From the IMG/VR virus record IMGVR_UViG_3300047323_000545: DNA of 64,000 nt. One strand, given 5' to 3'. This DNA comes from a virus. How positions within the stretch are numbered: the first letter of the stretch is position 1; each line of letters starts with the position of its first letter. Positions 36,531 to 45,755 of the stretch are shown here, one piece after another. Below the pieces are notes generated by a model that worked only from the letters and a program-made list of their open reading frames with translations, made no database searches and was not told the origin of the DNA. Position numbers and translations under genes: made by a program.

Positions 36531-38380
36531 CACAGCACCCCGAAGGAGTTCCGGGCGAGGGTCTTGAAGACCACGCCGCCGAGCACGGGCAGTTCGTCGT
36601 CGCGGAAGTAGATGTCCTTGGCCCGACCGGTCGGCGCATCGACCCAAGAGGACAAAGCGGCCGAGTTCGGCGCCGAATTCGGGGCAATCTGCTGGACACC
36701 CACGATCGACGCGTTCGGATTGGCCGAGCTGTAGCCGGTCACGTCCGCGCCGTTGAGCAGGCGGCAGTTGTCCACGCCGGGCACCTGGTGGATGACCGCG
36801 AGGACGTCGCTGATCTGGACGTTGGAGTTGAAGTCCATCCGGTTCAGGTAGTCACTCAAGGCGGACCGGATGGCGTCCTGGACCGAGTCAACCGACCCGG
36901 TCGACGACACCGTGTACATCACGCCCAGCGCGAACCGCAGCCAGCGCTGCTTGGCCTGGTGGACCTTGGCGTCGATCCCGGTCAACCTCCACCGGTTCAC
37001 CGCGTCCTGCACGCTGGAGGGCACCTCGTTGTAGGTGTAGTCGCCGTTGCCACCCACGGAGACCGGCGAGCCGTCGGCAGGCAGGTAGGTGTGGTGCCAC
37101 TCCAGGCCGAACCGCGAGGTCGGCGTCCAGCCGTCCACCGTGTCCTCATGGACGACCGTGTAGGCGTACGTCACGCCGTTGGCCACCGTGCCCAGCGGGT
37201 GCGCCGTGGACGCCAGGCCGTATGTCGTCCCCGCGACCGACAGCGTGGACGGCACAGTCACGATCGGCCCGAACGGCAGCGGCACAAACACGTTGCTGGC
37301 CACCGGCCGCGTCTGATCCGACCGCAGCCACGCCCCGGTGTACAGATCCAGCGTCGAGACGGTCTGGAACACCTTGGTCTGCTTGAACACCAACGCCGTC
37401 TGCGCCGACTGCGCTCGGGTACCGCCGACGAAGAGGTCCACCCGGTTCGTGATGTTGTTCGCCGGGTCGTTCCGGCTCACCACCGGCAGATACTGGTACG
37501 ACACCGTGAGCAGCTCACCGGCCGCCGGGAAGCTCGCCGACAGCCCTGCGATCTGGGGCGGGTTCGCCGGAACCCAGGTGTAGTCGTAGTCCTTGATCAG
37601 CGGCGTGCCGTCGGACTTCGCCACCTGCACCGGCGAGGAGTAGATGTAGCGGGCGTCCGTGATCTGACAGACCGTGTTGCCGCTGACGGGCACCTGCAGG
37701 ATCTCCGACCGCGTCCGCGAGGAGCCCACGACGGACACCGCGTAGCAGTCGCCGTCGTCCAGAGCCACGCCCCGGTACATCTGCTCCGTCCCGGCCAGCG
37801 AGCGGAACACCGTCGACTTCCAGCGGGTCCGCAGCTCCGAGTCAGTCTCCCGCGACATGCCAGCGGTCAGGGCGGCCGTGTTGGTGACGGTGTTGACCCC
37901 CTGGATCGGGGAGGTGATCTGGGTAGCCATCCCGGCGCCCAGGTTGCCCTCGGGTCCGGCCGTCACGGCCTGGACCGGCACCGTGACCGAGGAGGCTCCC
38001 GGCATCAGCGTGCCGCCGACCACCGTGGTGACCACGATCGAGGAGTTCGACGAGGACGCGATCTCCGTGCCGACCGGGATGAAGACGGTCGGGGTCAGGT
38101 CGCCAGTCCGGGAGAAGGTCACCGTTCCGACCGAGCGCCGGGCCGCAATCCGCGCGATGCCGAACAGTTGGCAGAAGCTGTCGAGGTCGGCGTCGGTCTT
38201 GCTGTCGATGTCGTAGGCGTACGACAGCAGGTGGTTCTCCACGTACGCGTCCGCCAGCGACGCGGAGACCGCGTCAAGGATCTTCCGCGCCGGGGTGCCG
38301 ATGGACGTGTCCAGCTCCGGGTCGGAGACCAGCAGTGCATCCCGCATCTGCGAGACGATGTCGTCCCTGGAAACACCCAT
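36530..38380 (-). CDS. Baseplate J-like wedge protein
   Basis: DLDSFCQLFGIAR, GTVTF, IPVGT, GPEGN, ETDSELR, IHQVPGVD. Confidence 0.85.
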   Translation of the reverse strand: MGVSRDDIVSQMRDALLVSDPELDTSIGTPARKILDAVSASLADAYVENHLLSYAYDIDSKTDADLDSFCQLFGIARIAARRSVGTVTFSRTGDLTPTVFIPVGTEIASSSNSSIVVTTVVGGTLMPGASSVTVPVQAVTAGPEGNLGAGMATQITSPIQGVNTVTNTAALTAGMSRETDSELRTRWKSTVFRSLAGTEQMYRGVALDDGDCYAVSVVGSSRTRSEILQVPVSGNTVCQITDARYIYSSPVQVAKSDGTPLIKDYDYTWVPANPPQIAGLSASFPAAGELLTVSYQYLPVVSRNDPANNITNRVDLFVGGTRAQSAQTALVFKQTKVFQTVSTLDLYTGAWLRSDQTRPVASNVFVPLPFGPIVTVPSTLSVAGTTYGLASTAHPLGTVANGVTYAYTVVHEDTVDGWTPTSRFGLEWHHTYLPADGSPVSVGGNGDYTYNEVPSSVQDAVNRWRLTGIDAKVHQAKQRWLRFALGVMYTVSSTGSVDSVQDAIRSALSDYLNRMDFNSNVQISDVLAVIHQVPGVDNCRLLNGADVTGYSSANPNASIVGVQQIAPNSAPNSAALSSWVDAPTGRAKDIYFRDDELPVLGGVVFKTLARNSFGVL

Positions 38381-38398
38381 GCGGCGCCCTCCTTCTCG

Positions 38399-38433
38399 TC
38401 ACCCCTTGAGGGCGAGAGGAAGGCGCCGCACAG
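38399..38433 (-). promoter_or_regulatory. Putative late promoter CTGT-N22-AAGGGGTGA
   Basis: Exact consensus. Confidence 0.65.
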
Positions 38434-38439
38434 CAAAAG

Positions 38440-38868
38440 TCAGGTGCTCACCGTCCGCAGCACCCGGACCGTTCCGCCGGACTGCGTCTTCAGCGCGATC
38501 GTCACCTTGATCGTGTCGTACTGGATGTCCGTGCTGATGGACTGCACCGACTGCACCACGTCCTGGAAGCTGAACCGGCTCCGGGAGCCGGACAGGGCGT
38601 CGGCCGCGATCTGGGCCTGCTGGCCGTCCACGTACTGCTGCACCACCCGCACCACCTCGGCGCGCACGAGCAGCTCCAGCTCCGGCGTCAGCGGCTCACC
38701 GATGTGCGCGGCCAGCACCGACCCGAACTGCGGGTGATAGCTGTCGTGGCCGTACGGCTCGGCGAGTGCGAGTGCCAGGTCCTGTCGGATGCGGGCGGCG
38801 CCGGTGAGCGTCCGGTAGCCGCCGTCACCCAGTGCCAGGTCCCCGCCGACGAGCGCCAGCGTCTTCAT
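38440..38868 (-). CDS. gp25/W-like baseplate wedge (sheath initiator)
   Basis: GDL...IRQDL..AL.EPYG....HPQFGS.L...IG. Confidence 0.75.
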   Translation of the reverse strand: MKTLALVGGDLALGDGGYRTLTGAARIRQDLALALAEPYGHDSYHPQFGSVLAAHIGEPLTPELELLVRAEVVRVVQQYVDGQQAQIAADALSGSRSRFSFQDVVQSVQSISTDIQYDTIKVTIALKTQSGGTVRVLRTVST

Positions 38869-38984
38869 GAGCCCACCTCCTCACCCTTTCCGCTCCAAGA
38901 CAGGGCCGAAACACGGCTCCTGCGCACCCGGGCATCGCCGGTACGGCAAGATGTGGGCGACAACCCGCCTAAGAAGGGACCGGA

Positions 38985-39779
38985 GTGAAGACTTCTACGC
39001 TCCCCAGGCAGCAGCTGAAGCGGCTGCTCGCCTCGCAGGAAGAGATCCGAGCGTGGATCAGTGACAACGGCTGTCTCGTCATCGGTGTCGGCATGCTCAA
39101 GGGCGGCACCGGCAAGACCACGATGACCATCTTCGTAGCCCTCTACCTGTCCTTGATCCTCGGCCTCAAGGTTCTGGTCATCGACACGGACAACAACAGC
39201 CAGAGCATCGACAACTGGTACAAGGTCCGGGAGGCCCGCCCTGGGGGGCCGGAGAAGGTCCCGTTCGACCTGGTCACCTACGACTGCAAGAACAAGGCCG
39301 AGGACGCCCCCGACCTCGACGACGTCATCGACAGCTTCCGCGAGGCATACGACGTCATCCTCGTCGACTCCGGCGGCGCTGGTAAGGAGGAGTACTGGGA
39401 GCTGTGCCAGTCGGCGCGCATGGTGCTCCTCCCGTTCGCTCCGTCCGGCTTCGAGTGGAACCGCATCGCGCCGACGGCCAAGACTGCCGCGCGGGGAGGC
39501 AAGGCCAACGACGCCCGCCTGAAGGTCTTCGTGTGCATGGTGAAGTGCACCGGCCGGAACACGCTAGCGGCCGACGCCCGGCCGGTCGTCGAGGCCATCA
39601 TGGCGACGAAAATTGACGACGACATCCGCGAGAAGATCGACATCGCCTTCGTGGACGTGGAGTTCGAGATCAGCGATGCCCCCGAGTACCCGCGCTCCTG
39701 GGACGAGACCCCGAAGCGCAACCATCTCGAAGAGATGGGCCTCTTGTTCCGCCACGCCATGAAGGAGGTCATCAGCTGA
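38985..39779 (+). CDS. parA: ParA-family partition ATPase
   Basis: Deviant Walker A KGGTGKTT, VLVIDTD, YDVILVDSG, VLLP. Confidence 0.85.
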   Translation: MKTSTLPRQQLKRLLASQEEIRAWISDNGCLVIGVGMLKGGTGKTTMTIFVALYLSLILGLKVLVIDTDNNSQSIDNWYKVREARPGGPEKVPFDLVTYDCKNKAEDAPDLDDVIDSFREAYDVILVDSGGAGKEEYWELCQSARMVLLPFAPSGFEWNRIAPTAKTAARGGKANDARLKVFVCMVKCTGRNTLAADARPVVEAIMATKIDDDIREKIDIAFVDVEFEISDAPEYPRSWDETPKRNHLEEMGLLFRHAMKEVIS

Positions 39780-40759
39780 TGCCCCGCGTTGAAGCCCCCG
39801 CCGCCAAGAAGACGGTCGCCAAGAAGCTGACCGCGCGAGAGAGGCGCATCCAGCAGGCCACCGCAGGCGCGACGACCAGCGAGGTGGCCCCTGCCCGTCG
39901 CGGCGAGCAGGACGAACCCGAGGTCGAGCTGCAGGCGCTGGAGGAGGCTGCGACTGCCGCCGTGCCCCACCAGGCCGAAACCCCGGCCATGCCTTCCAGC
40001 ACCGTCGTTACCCCGACCGCCGATCAGGTCGTCACGGCAGCCGAGGAAGGCAACCCCTTCCAGTTCATCGTGCCGCCCGAGGATGCAGACCCCCTGGAGA
40101 AGGTGGGCATCGTCCGGCGCGGGATCGCACGGGCCAACCGGGGCCTCGCCAACGGCCTCGGGAGGATGCAGAAGGACTACGTCTCGTCGGCGGGCGAGTA
40201 CCTGTGGTGGGCCACCCAGGGCGACCGCCTGAAGGACGCGGGCATCAAGTCCATCGAGAAGTTCGCCGCCCCGCTCGACCTCGGCAAGCAGGACGTCTAC
40301 CGGCTCCGCCGAGCCGTCCCGGTCTACCGGATCATCGGAGATCTGGTAGACGAGCCGCTCAACGAGCGCACCATCCGTGAGCTGTTCTCCACCATCGTGG
40401 ACGAGAAGGGCGAGATCCCTGTCACTCCCGATGGAGAGCCGGACGTCTCTCCGGAGCGCCAGAAGAACCTCCGTGAGCAGTTCACCGAGATGAAGAGGAT
40501 GGGCCGGGTCAACTCCGGCGGCGCCGTAGCGGCCCGCAGGCTCCTCCTTCTCGGCGAGGCCACTGACGTCATCGAGCCCGAGCCCAGCACGTCGGCCCCG
40601 TCCAAGGCCGTGGACCAGCTGGCGAAGGCGCGACGGACCGGGCGCATCCTCGACCTGGAGACCCTCCGCGAGGCGAACAAGGAAGACCCCGACGAGGCCA
40701 AGAGGTACGTCGAAGACATGCGGCGCAAGTACGAGGCTGCTGCTGAGATCGTCGGATAG
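39779..40759 (+). CDS. Putative centromere-binding partner of ParA (no ParB CTPase motif)
   Basis: TGATG-coupled to parA; disordered basic N-terminus; HTH-like SIEKFAAPLDLGKQDVYRLRRA. Confidence 0.55.
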   Translation: MPRVEAPAAKKTVAKKLTARERRIQQATAGATTSEVAPARRGEQDEPEVELQALEEAATAAVPHQAETPAMPSSTVVTPTADQVVTAAEEGNPFQFIVPPEDADPLEKVGIVRRGIARANRGLANGLGRMQKDYVSSAGEYLWWATQGDRLKDAGIKSIEKFAAPLDLGKQDVYRLRRAVPVYRIIGDLVDEPLNERTIRELFSTIVDEKGEIPVTPDGEPDVSPERQKNLREQFTEMKRMGRVNSGGAVAARRLLLLGEATDVIEPEPSTSAPSKAVDQLAKARRTGRILDLETLREANKEDPDEAKRYVEDMRRKYEAAAEIVG

Positions 40760-40764
40760 TCGAA

Positions 40765-40827
40765 AGTGAGACCCACTGGGTCTCACTCTGGTACCGGGAA
40801 AAGTGAGACCCACTGGGTCTCACTTTT
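40765..40827. repeat. Two identical 23-bp palindromes AGTGAGACCCA-C-TGGGTCTCACT (40765-40787, 40802-40824); putative centromere
   Basis: Perfect 11-bp arms, second copy extends to 14-bp arms; 37-bp period; starts 5 bp after the partner stop codon. Confidence 0.85.
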
Positions 40828-40828
40828 T

Positions 40829-41065
40829 TCATGTCAGGTCGACCCAGGCGGCGAAGCTCCACACGCCGTACGTGCGGTCGACGAGCCAGGTCTGGCCGAC
40901 CATCGGCGTGATGCCGGTGCGGTGGATGGCCGTGGTGACCTCCAGTTGCTGGCCCTCGGTGTCGACACACAGGGCGAACTTCTTGTCCGTGAGGATCGAG
41001 CTGACCTTGACCTGCTTGACCGTCCAGCCGATCCCGTGGGTGGCGGCGTTCCCTGGACCCATCAT
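40829..41065 (-). CDS. Small baseplate/spike-associated protein (78 aa)
   Basis: TGATG-coupled to the hub gene; OB-like P.VGQ.WLV pattern. Confidence 0.55.
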   Translation of the reverse strand: MMGPGNAATHGIGWTVKQVKVSSILTDKKFALCVDTEGQQLEVTTAIHRTGITPMVGQTWLVDRTYGVWSFAAWVDLT

Positions 41066-43551
41066 CAGTTGCCTCCCGCCATCGGCAGACCGAGCAGCCG
41101 CTTGTCCTTGTCGCCAGTGAGCCGGGCCGGGGCCGCGAGCTGCACTGACGTCTTGAAGTAGCCGCCCTCGCCGAACTTGAAGTCGTGCTGGACCGTGGTG
41201 ACGTAGCCCTGGAAGTTGAAGGCGGGGAACTGCAGCAGCATCCCCGGCCACAGTTCCGGCATGAACGTCAGCGGGATGTTGGCCTGGTACTGGAAGGCGA
41301 ACTGCCGCATGAAGAGGAAGATCGCCGAGAACAGTGCGGCCTTCGGACCGATGAGGGCTGGCAGCTGCTGGTAGTCCGGCCGGGCACCGAACCGCTGCTT
41401 GATCCAGTCCGCGTACTCCTTCGCCTGCTTGTCTGTCTTGTCCATCCCGAACAGCGCCTTCCACACACCCGGGAAGTCGATGGTCACGATGCCGGTGGTG
41501 AAGAGAGCCGACTGGGACAGGTAGCTGTCGGAGATGGACTGCTGCACGGTCCCCGTGGCCGGGTCGAAGAGGTTCCCGCTGACCGGTGACGTCACCACGA
41601 ACTGGTGGGTGACCATGTAGTCATCCGACCAGGACACCTCGAAGTCCTGCACCTCGATGGGCTGGATGACCATCTTGGCGGCCGTGCCCCACATCCCGTA
41701 GTAGTCCGGGTACCAGGCGATCAGGTCGCCGTTCGGCGCGGAGCAAAACGACCGCATCGACGAGTTGAACAGGTTCTTCAGGTACGGCAGCAACGGCTGA
41801 TCGTTCAGCAGCGCTCGCGGCCCGGCCAGGGCCTGCGCCAGCGCGTAGTTCGGGTCGTTCTGCGCCGTCGAGATCGGCAGCCACGCGTTGTCGGCAAACA
41901 TCTTGTCGAACGGGTCCTTGGGGTTGTACCCGGGCGCGTCGGCGCCGGTGACCAGCTCGACCCCGGGGTCGCCGCTCATGTCGTTGACGCCCCCGCTGGT
42001 GCCGTCCGACCCATCGAAGATGACCGTGCCCGCGCCCGTGGTGTACGCGACGCGCGGCAGGAAGCCGCCGAAGTCCCAGTACGACGCCGCCGACGGCGGG
42101 TTGACGCCGACGTCATGCGGCTTGGCACCCGCGCGGTGCGCGCCGATCGTGCTCTTGCCGTCACCCAGGCTCATCTCCACGTGGTAGATGCCGCCCGGCG
42201 AGGAGCCCTTGAAGACCAGCGCACCAGGCGTCGCCAGGGCCTTCGCCACCGTCACCTTCTTGCACGCGCCGTACTGCGCCGCCGCCACACGGGGCAGGTC
42301 ATACAGAGACCCGAGCGCCCTCAAGTACATGGCCTGCACGAAGCTGGAGCAGTCCAGGCCGGGCGGAGGGTTCTGCGACAGCACGCCCATCTGGGTGCCG
42401 CCGTACTGCTGGGTGTACGGAATGTTCGGGTACTTCTGGCAGAAGTTCACGGAGAGCTGGGCCAGGTCGACGCCGGAGATGGTGCCCTGCGGCTTCGTCT
42501 TGGAGTCCAGCTTGCCCCCGCCCTTCTCCAGGTCCTTGACCATGGCCGTGGCGGGCTTCTCGTGCTTGGCGTACTCGTGCGGCGCGCCGGAGCGCTGGAC
42601 CGTGTCGCAGACCTTCCACAGCTCCATGTGGTCGCGGTTCGTGACCTTGAAGAGGGCGTCGTAGAACTTCCCCGCCGCGTACCGGGGGTCGGTCACCTGC
42701 TCGTGGGTGCCCCAGCCCTGGGAGGGGCGCTGCTGGAAGAGGCCCGCGCTGTCCCGGTCGCCGCCCTTGAGGTTGCGCAGGCCGGACTCCTGCATCGCCG
42801 TCATGATGGCGATGATGCAGTCACGGCTGGAGCCGCCCTTCTCCTTGCCGACGTTGTAGATGATCGCGGCGTTGGCCTTCTGGTCCGGGTTGTTGAAGCC
42901 GCCGTACGTCCCGTTCAGCGAGCTGGCGTCCGCGCCGCCCGTGCCGCCGACGGACGCGGTGCCGAGCTGATCCAGCAGGGCTCGTGCGATCTCGTCGGCG
43001 CCGGTGAGCTGGGCGTCGATCTGCTTGGCCAGGACCTCGATGACCGAGAACCAGTTGTTCGGGATGCGGGCGATGTGGGCCTTGGACTCCGGCCAGCCCA
43101 CCACCTTCTTCAGCACGGTGAGCGCGACGTTCGTCATGCCGCCGTCGGAGACACCGGTGTCCTTGTTCGCGTCCGTCAGGGCGTCGCGCACCATGGACTG
43201 CGACGCTTCGGTGTGGGAGTCCCAGTACCAGTACTGCAGCCGCTTGAGCGAGCAGGACGCGGTCAGGTGGACGACGCGCGGCCACGCCGTGACGAGCGGC
43301 ACCTTGTTCAGGTAGCCGGTGAATACCTGCACCCACTTCAGCCGCTTCATCTGCACCGAGACGCGGTCGTTCGGGGTCAGCACGCCGTCGTACTTCCGGC
43401 GGGCGTTCTGCAGGCTGAAGTTAAAGGAACTGACACCGTCCGAGCGGCGCGTCATCGAGCCCTCGACCAGGTCGTCCGAGACGTCGATGATCCCGTGCCT
43501 CTCGGTCGAGACGTAGACCTTGACGCCGGGTGCCAGGACGAAGTTCGGCAC
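41065..43551 (-). CDS. Baseplate hub protein with lysozyme-like and NlpC/P60 cell-wall hydrolase domains
   Basis: TAMQESGLRNL..GDRDSAGLFQQRPSQGWG; GLDCSSFV, LPRVAAAQY, PGALVF, HVEM; hub-like N and C termini. Confidence 0.8.
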   Translation of the reverse strand: MPNFVLAPGVKVYVSTERHGIIDVSDDLVEGSMTRRSDGVSSFNFSLQNARRKYDGVLTPNDRVSVQMKRLKWVQVFTGYLNKVPLVTAWPRVVHLTASCSLKRLQYWYWDSHTEASQSMVRDALTDANKDTGVSDGGMTNVALTVLKKVVGWPESKAHIARIPNNWFSVIEVLAKQIDAQLTGADEIARALLDQLGTASVGGTGGADASSLNGTYGGFNNPDQKANAAIIYNVGKEKGGSSRDCIIAIMTAMQESGLRNLKGGDRDSAGLFQQRPSQGWGTHEQVTDPRYAAGKFYDALFKVTNRDHMELWKVCDTVQRSGAPHEYAKHEKPATAMVKDLEKGGGKLDSKTKPQGTISGVDLAQLSVNFCQKYPNIPYTQQYGGTQMGVLSQNPPPGLDCSSFVQAMYLRALGSLYDLPRVAAAQYGACKKVTVAKALATPGALVFKGSSPGGIYHVEMSLGDGKSTIGAHRAGAKPHDVGVNPPSAASYWDFGGFLPRVAYTTGAGTVIFDGSDGTSGGVNDMSGDPGVELVTGADAPGYNPKDPFDKMFADNAWLPISTAQNDPNYALAQALAGPRALLNDQPLLPYLKNLFNSSMRSFCSAPNGDLIAWYPDYYGMWGTAAKMVIQPIEVQDFEVSWSDDYMVTHQFVVTSPVSGNLFDPATGTVQQSISDSYLSQSALFTTGIVTIDFPGVWKALFGMDKTDKQAKEYADWIKQRFGARPDYQQLPALIGPKAALFSAIFLFMRQFAFQYQANIPLTFMPELWPGMLLQFPAFNFQGYVTTVQHDFKFGEGGYFKTSVQLAAPARLTGDKDKRLLGLPMAGGN

Positions 43552-43775
43552 GAGACCACCTCCGCCCCTTGGGGCGAACCACGGACACGGCGACACGACC
43601 CCCGCTACGCTGGCCGTGCGCCTTTTGGTGTCGGCCTTTCCATCCGGCTGAGCGGCCCGCCCGTGCCGAAGTTCCTGGGGCGGGCCGCTATCCTTGTAGC
43701 AGTGGCGGTCGCCGTGGGCGGCTGCAAGTGACGCCAGGAGTCCCGGGGCAGACCGGGGGCCTGGCGTCGCGCATT

Positions 43776-44438
43776 TCAGTTCCCGTAGTCGTACCGCTCG
43801 TTCGGCGGGGTGCCCTCATTGGGCATCGGGTTGACCGGGAGGTCTTCCAGCTGGCCCGGGTCGGAGCCGCCGTCCTTGCCGGGGTCGACAGTCTGGTAGT
43901 TGCCGGACGGGACCGCGTTGCCGCCGAGCTGCGTGCCCATGGGCCAGAAGTACTTCATCTCGGGGTCCTGGGCGTTCTTGAAGCTGCTCGTGGAGAGGGC
44001 TGTGACGTCCTGGGGCTCGCGGGTGCACTCGAAGGTGATGACCGGCGTCCAGACGACAGTGCCGATGGTGTCGCCCCACTCGAAGCCGGACAGGGGCACG
44101 CCCTCGCGGTAGAAGTTCCGGTTCGGGAGCATGACCCCCATGTCGGGGAAGGAGTCACCGGCGGCCAGGCCCGGGTTCATCACGAAGTTGGCGTAGCCCT
44201 GCATCCAGTCGGCGAACGCCTTGCGCTCGCCGTACCCCTTGAGCAGCACCCGCAGGTAGAAGCGTGACGGGGTCGGCCGGTGCGGGTAGTACGCGCGGGC
44301 GTTACGGGAACTGGAGGAGTCGGCGACCATCGTCATGCCGTGCCCGAGGACGTCGGCACGGACCCGGAAGCTGGCGTTGGTCTTGCTGTCCTTGGGGTAG
44401 AACAGCAGGCAGTTCAGGCCCTTGCGGGTGTCGGCCAC
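43776..44438 (-). CDS. Tail/baseplate-associated protein
   Basis: AGGAGGAG RBS; lies between tape measure and hub. Confidence 0.55.
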   Translation of the reverse strand: MADTRKGLNCLLFYPKDSKTNASFRVRADVLGHGMTMVADSSSSRNARAYYPHRPTPSRFYLRVLLKGYGERKAFADWMQGYANFVMNPGLAAGDSFPDMGVMLPNRNFYREGVPLSGFEWGDTIGTVVWTPVITFECTREPQDVTALSTSSFKNAQDPEMKYFWPMGTQLGGNAVPSGNYQTVDPGKDGGSDPGQLEDLPVNPMPNEGTPPNERYDYGN

Positions 44439-44466
44439 AGCTCCTCCTGAAGCCTAGGATGAGGGT

Positions 44467-44676
44467 ATGGATGCAGAGATGACGCCATGGGTGATCCTTG
44501 GCGCGGTGTGGCTGGTCGGCTGGGCTGCCTCGTCGGTCCTTGCGATTCGCGCGGTGAAGGACGACGATTCATGGATGGCCTGGGATCTTGAAGACCAGCT
44601 CCCATTCATCGTGGCGGGGTTCCTTCTCCTCTGGCCCTGGTTCGCGCTGAAGATCCTCAAGCACCGAATGAAGTGA
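44467..44676 (+). CDS. Small two-TM membrane protein on the opposite strand, probably leaderless
   Basis: Two hydrophobic helices; TAGGAT at 44455-44460, 6 nt before ATG; fills the gap between minus-strand genes. Confidence 0.6.
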   Translation: MDAEMTPWVILGAVWLVGWAASSVLAIRAVKDDDSWMAWDLEDQLPFIVAGFLLLWPWFALKILKHRMK

Positions 44677-44680
44677 CGTC

Positions 44681-44899
44681 TCACTCCTCGGGGTCCGGAA
44701 TCGTCTCCTCGGTGCTCCGCAGCGGGTTGTGCGGGGCGTAGACGGGCGTGGCGAGCCGCTCGTGGTCGGCGGCCGACATGTCCGGGTAGAGGCCGTCGAG
44801 GGTCATCGCAAAGCCGTTCATGGGAACGATGGCCTCCTGGTCGGCCCGCAGCGGCTGCGGCATGGAGACGGGCACGTCGGCGCCCCACTGGTTGGCCAT
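44681..44899 (-). CDS. Hypothetical protein (72 aa, MANQWGADV...)
   Basis: TAATG coupling; high GC3. Confidence 0.5.
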   Translation of the reverse strand: MANQWGADVPVSMPQPLRADQEAIVPMNGFAMTLDGLYPDMSAADHERLATPVYAPHNPLRSTEETIPDPEE

Positions 44900-45093
44900 T
44901 ACCACCCTCGCTCTCGGGTCAGCTCGGCGACGATGAGGTCGGCAAGGTCCTCCGGGTCGGCGGCCCACAGGTTGCCCTCTCGTCCCTGCCCGCCGTCGGC
45001 CGACTGCTTGCGCCCCCAGATACGGCCGGTGGGCTCGCCCGGCGCGATGTGGCGCAGCACCTTGATGATGCACTCGCGTTCGCCTGCAGCCAC
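44899..45093 (-). CDS. Hypothetical protein (64 aa)
   Basis: Coupled on both sides. Confidence 0.5.
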   Translation of the reverse strand: MAAGERECIIKVLRHIAPGEPTGRIWGRKQSADGGQGREGNLWAADPEDLADLIVAELTRERGW

Positions 45094-45752
45094 TACTTGT
45101 CCTCCTTCTGTCCCTTGTCGCTCTTCTTGTCCTCAGTGCCGTCGCTGAGCGGGCCGTTGTACTCGGTCTGGCGCCAGCCGATGCCCTCGCTGATGCGGGC
45201 GATGTAGGAGGCGATGGCCTTCTCCTGGGCGGAGTCGACCGCGTTCTTCGAGGTGCCCGCCTTGACCAGCGAGTCGGAGCCCACCTGCACGATGAACAGC
45301 GTCAGCTTGTAGCCGTGGCTGTACTTCCCGGTGCGGTGCTCGATCGACGCCTGGCCGTCGATGTCAGAGACCTCGGTGAGGTACACGCTCCAGCGCCAGC
45401 CGTGCGGCGGATAGTTGAAGGTCGCCGGTTCGTGCATCTTGCCGGGCGTGCTGGAGTCCCGGGACTGGTGCTCCATGATGGCCCGGCAGTTCGCGATGAA
45501 CACCTCGTGCAAGCGCCAGCTGGCTCCAGCATGGTCCTTGTTGCCGTCCGGCGAGGGCCCGGCCCTGCGGTTCTCGCCGAGGTAGCCATTGATCGTGACG
45601 TCCCGCAGGGTCGCGCCGGTGATCTGCACGACCCTGCCGCCGACGGTCGGGGTGACCGAGGTGTGGATGTCGAAGCCCCAGTCGATCGAGTCGGGATTGA
45701 TGCGGAACGTGATCTGAGGGCCGCCCGTGAACCCGAGGGATGCGAGAGCCAT
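45093..45752 (-). CDS. Tail tube initiator-like protein
   Basis: Immediately after tape measure; FRINPDSI...T.GG motif. Confidence 0.5.
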   Translation of the reverse strand: MALASLGFTGGPQITFRINPDSIDWGFDIHTSVTPTVGGRVVQITGATLRDVTINGYLGENRRAGPSPDGNKDHAGASWRLHEVFIANCRAIMEHQSRDSSTPGKMHEPATFNYPPHGWRWSVYLTEVSDIDGQASIEHRTGKYSHGYKLTLFIVQVGSDSLVKAGTSKNAVDSAQEKAIASYIARISEGIGWRQTEYNGPLSDGTEDKKSDKGQKEDK

Positions 45753-45755
45753 GGC

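Noticed and set aside
40765-40827. Mini-CRISPR or telomere-resolution site
   Set aside because: Only two units with a 14-bp spacer, no cas or protelomerase gene in the window, and the position after the par genes favours a centromere or terminator.
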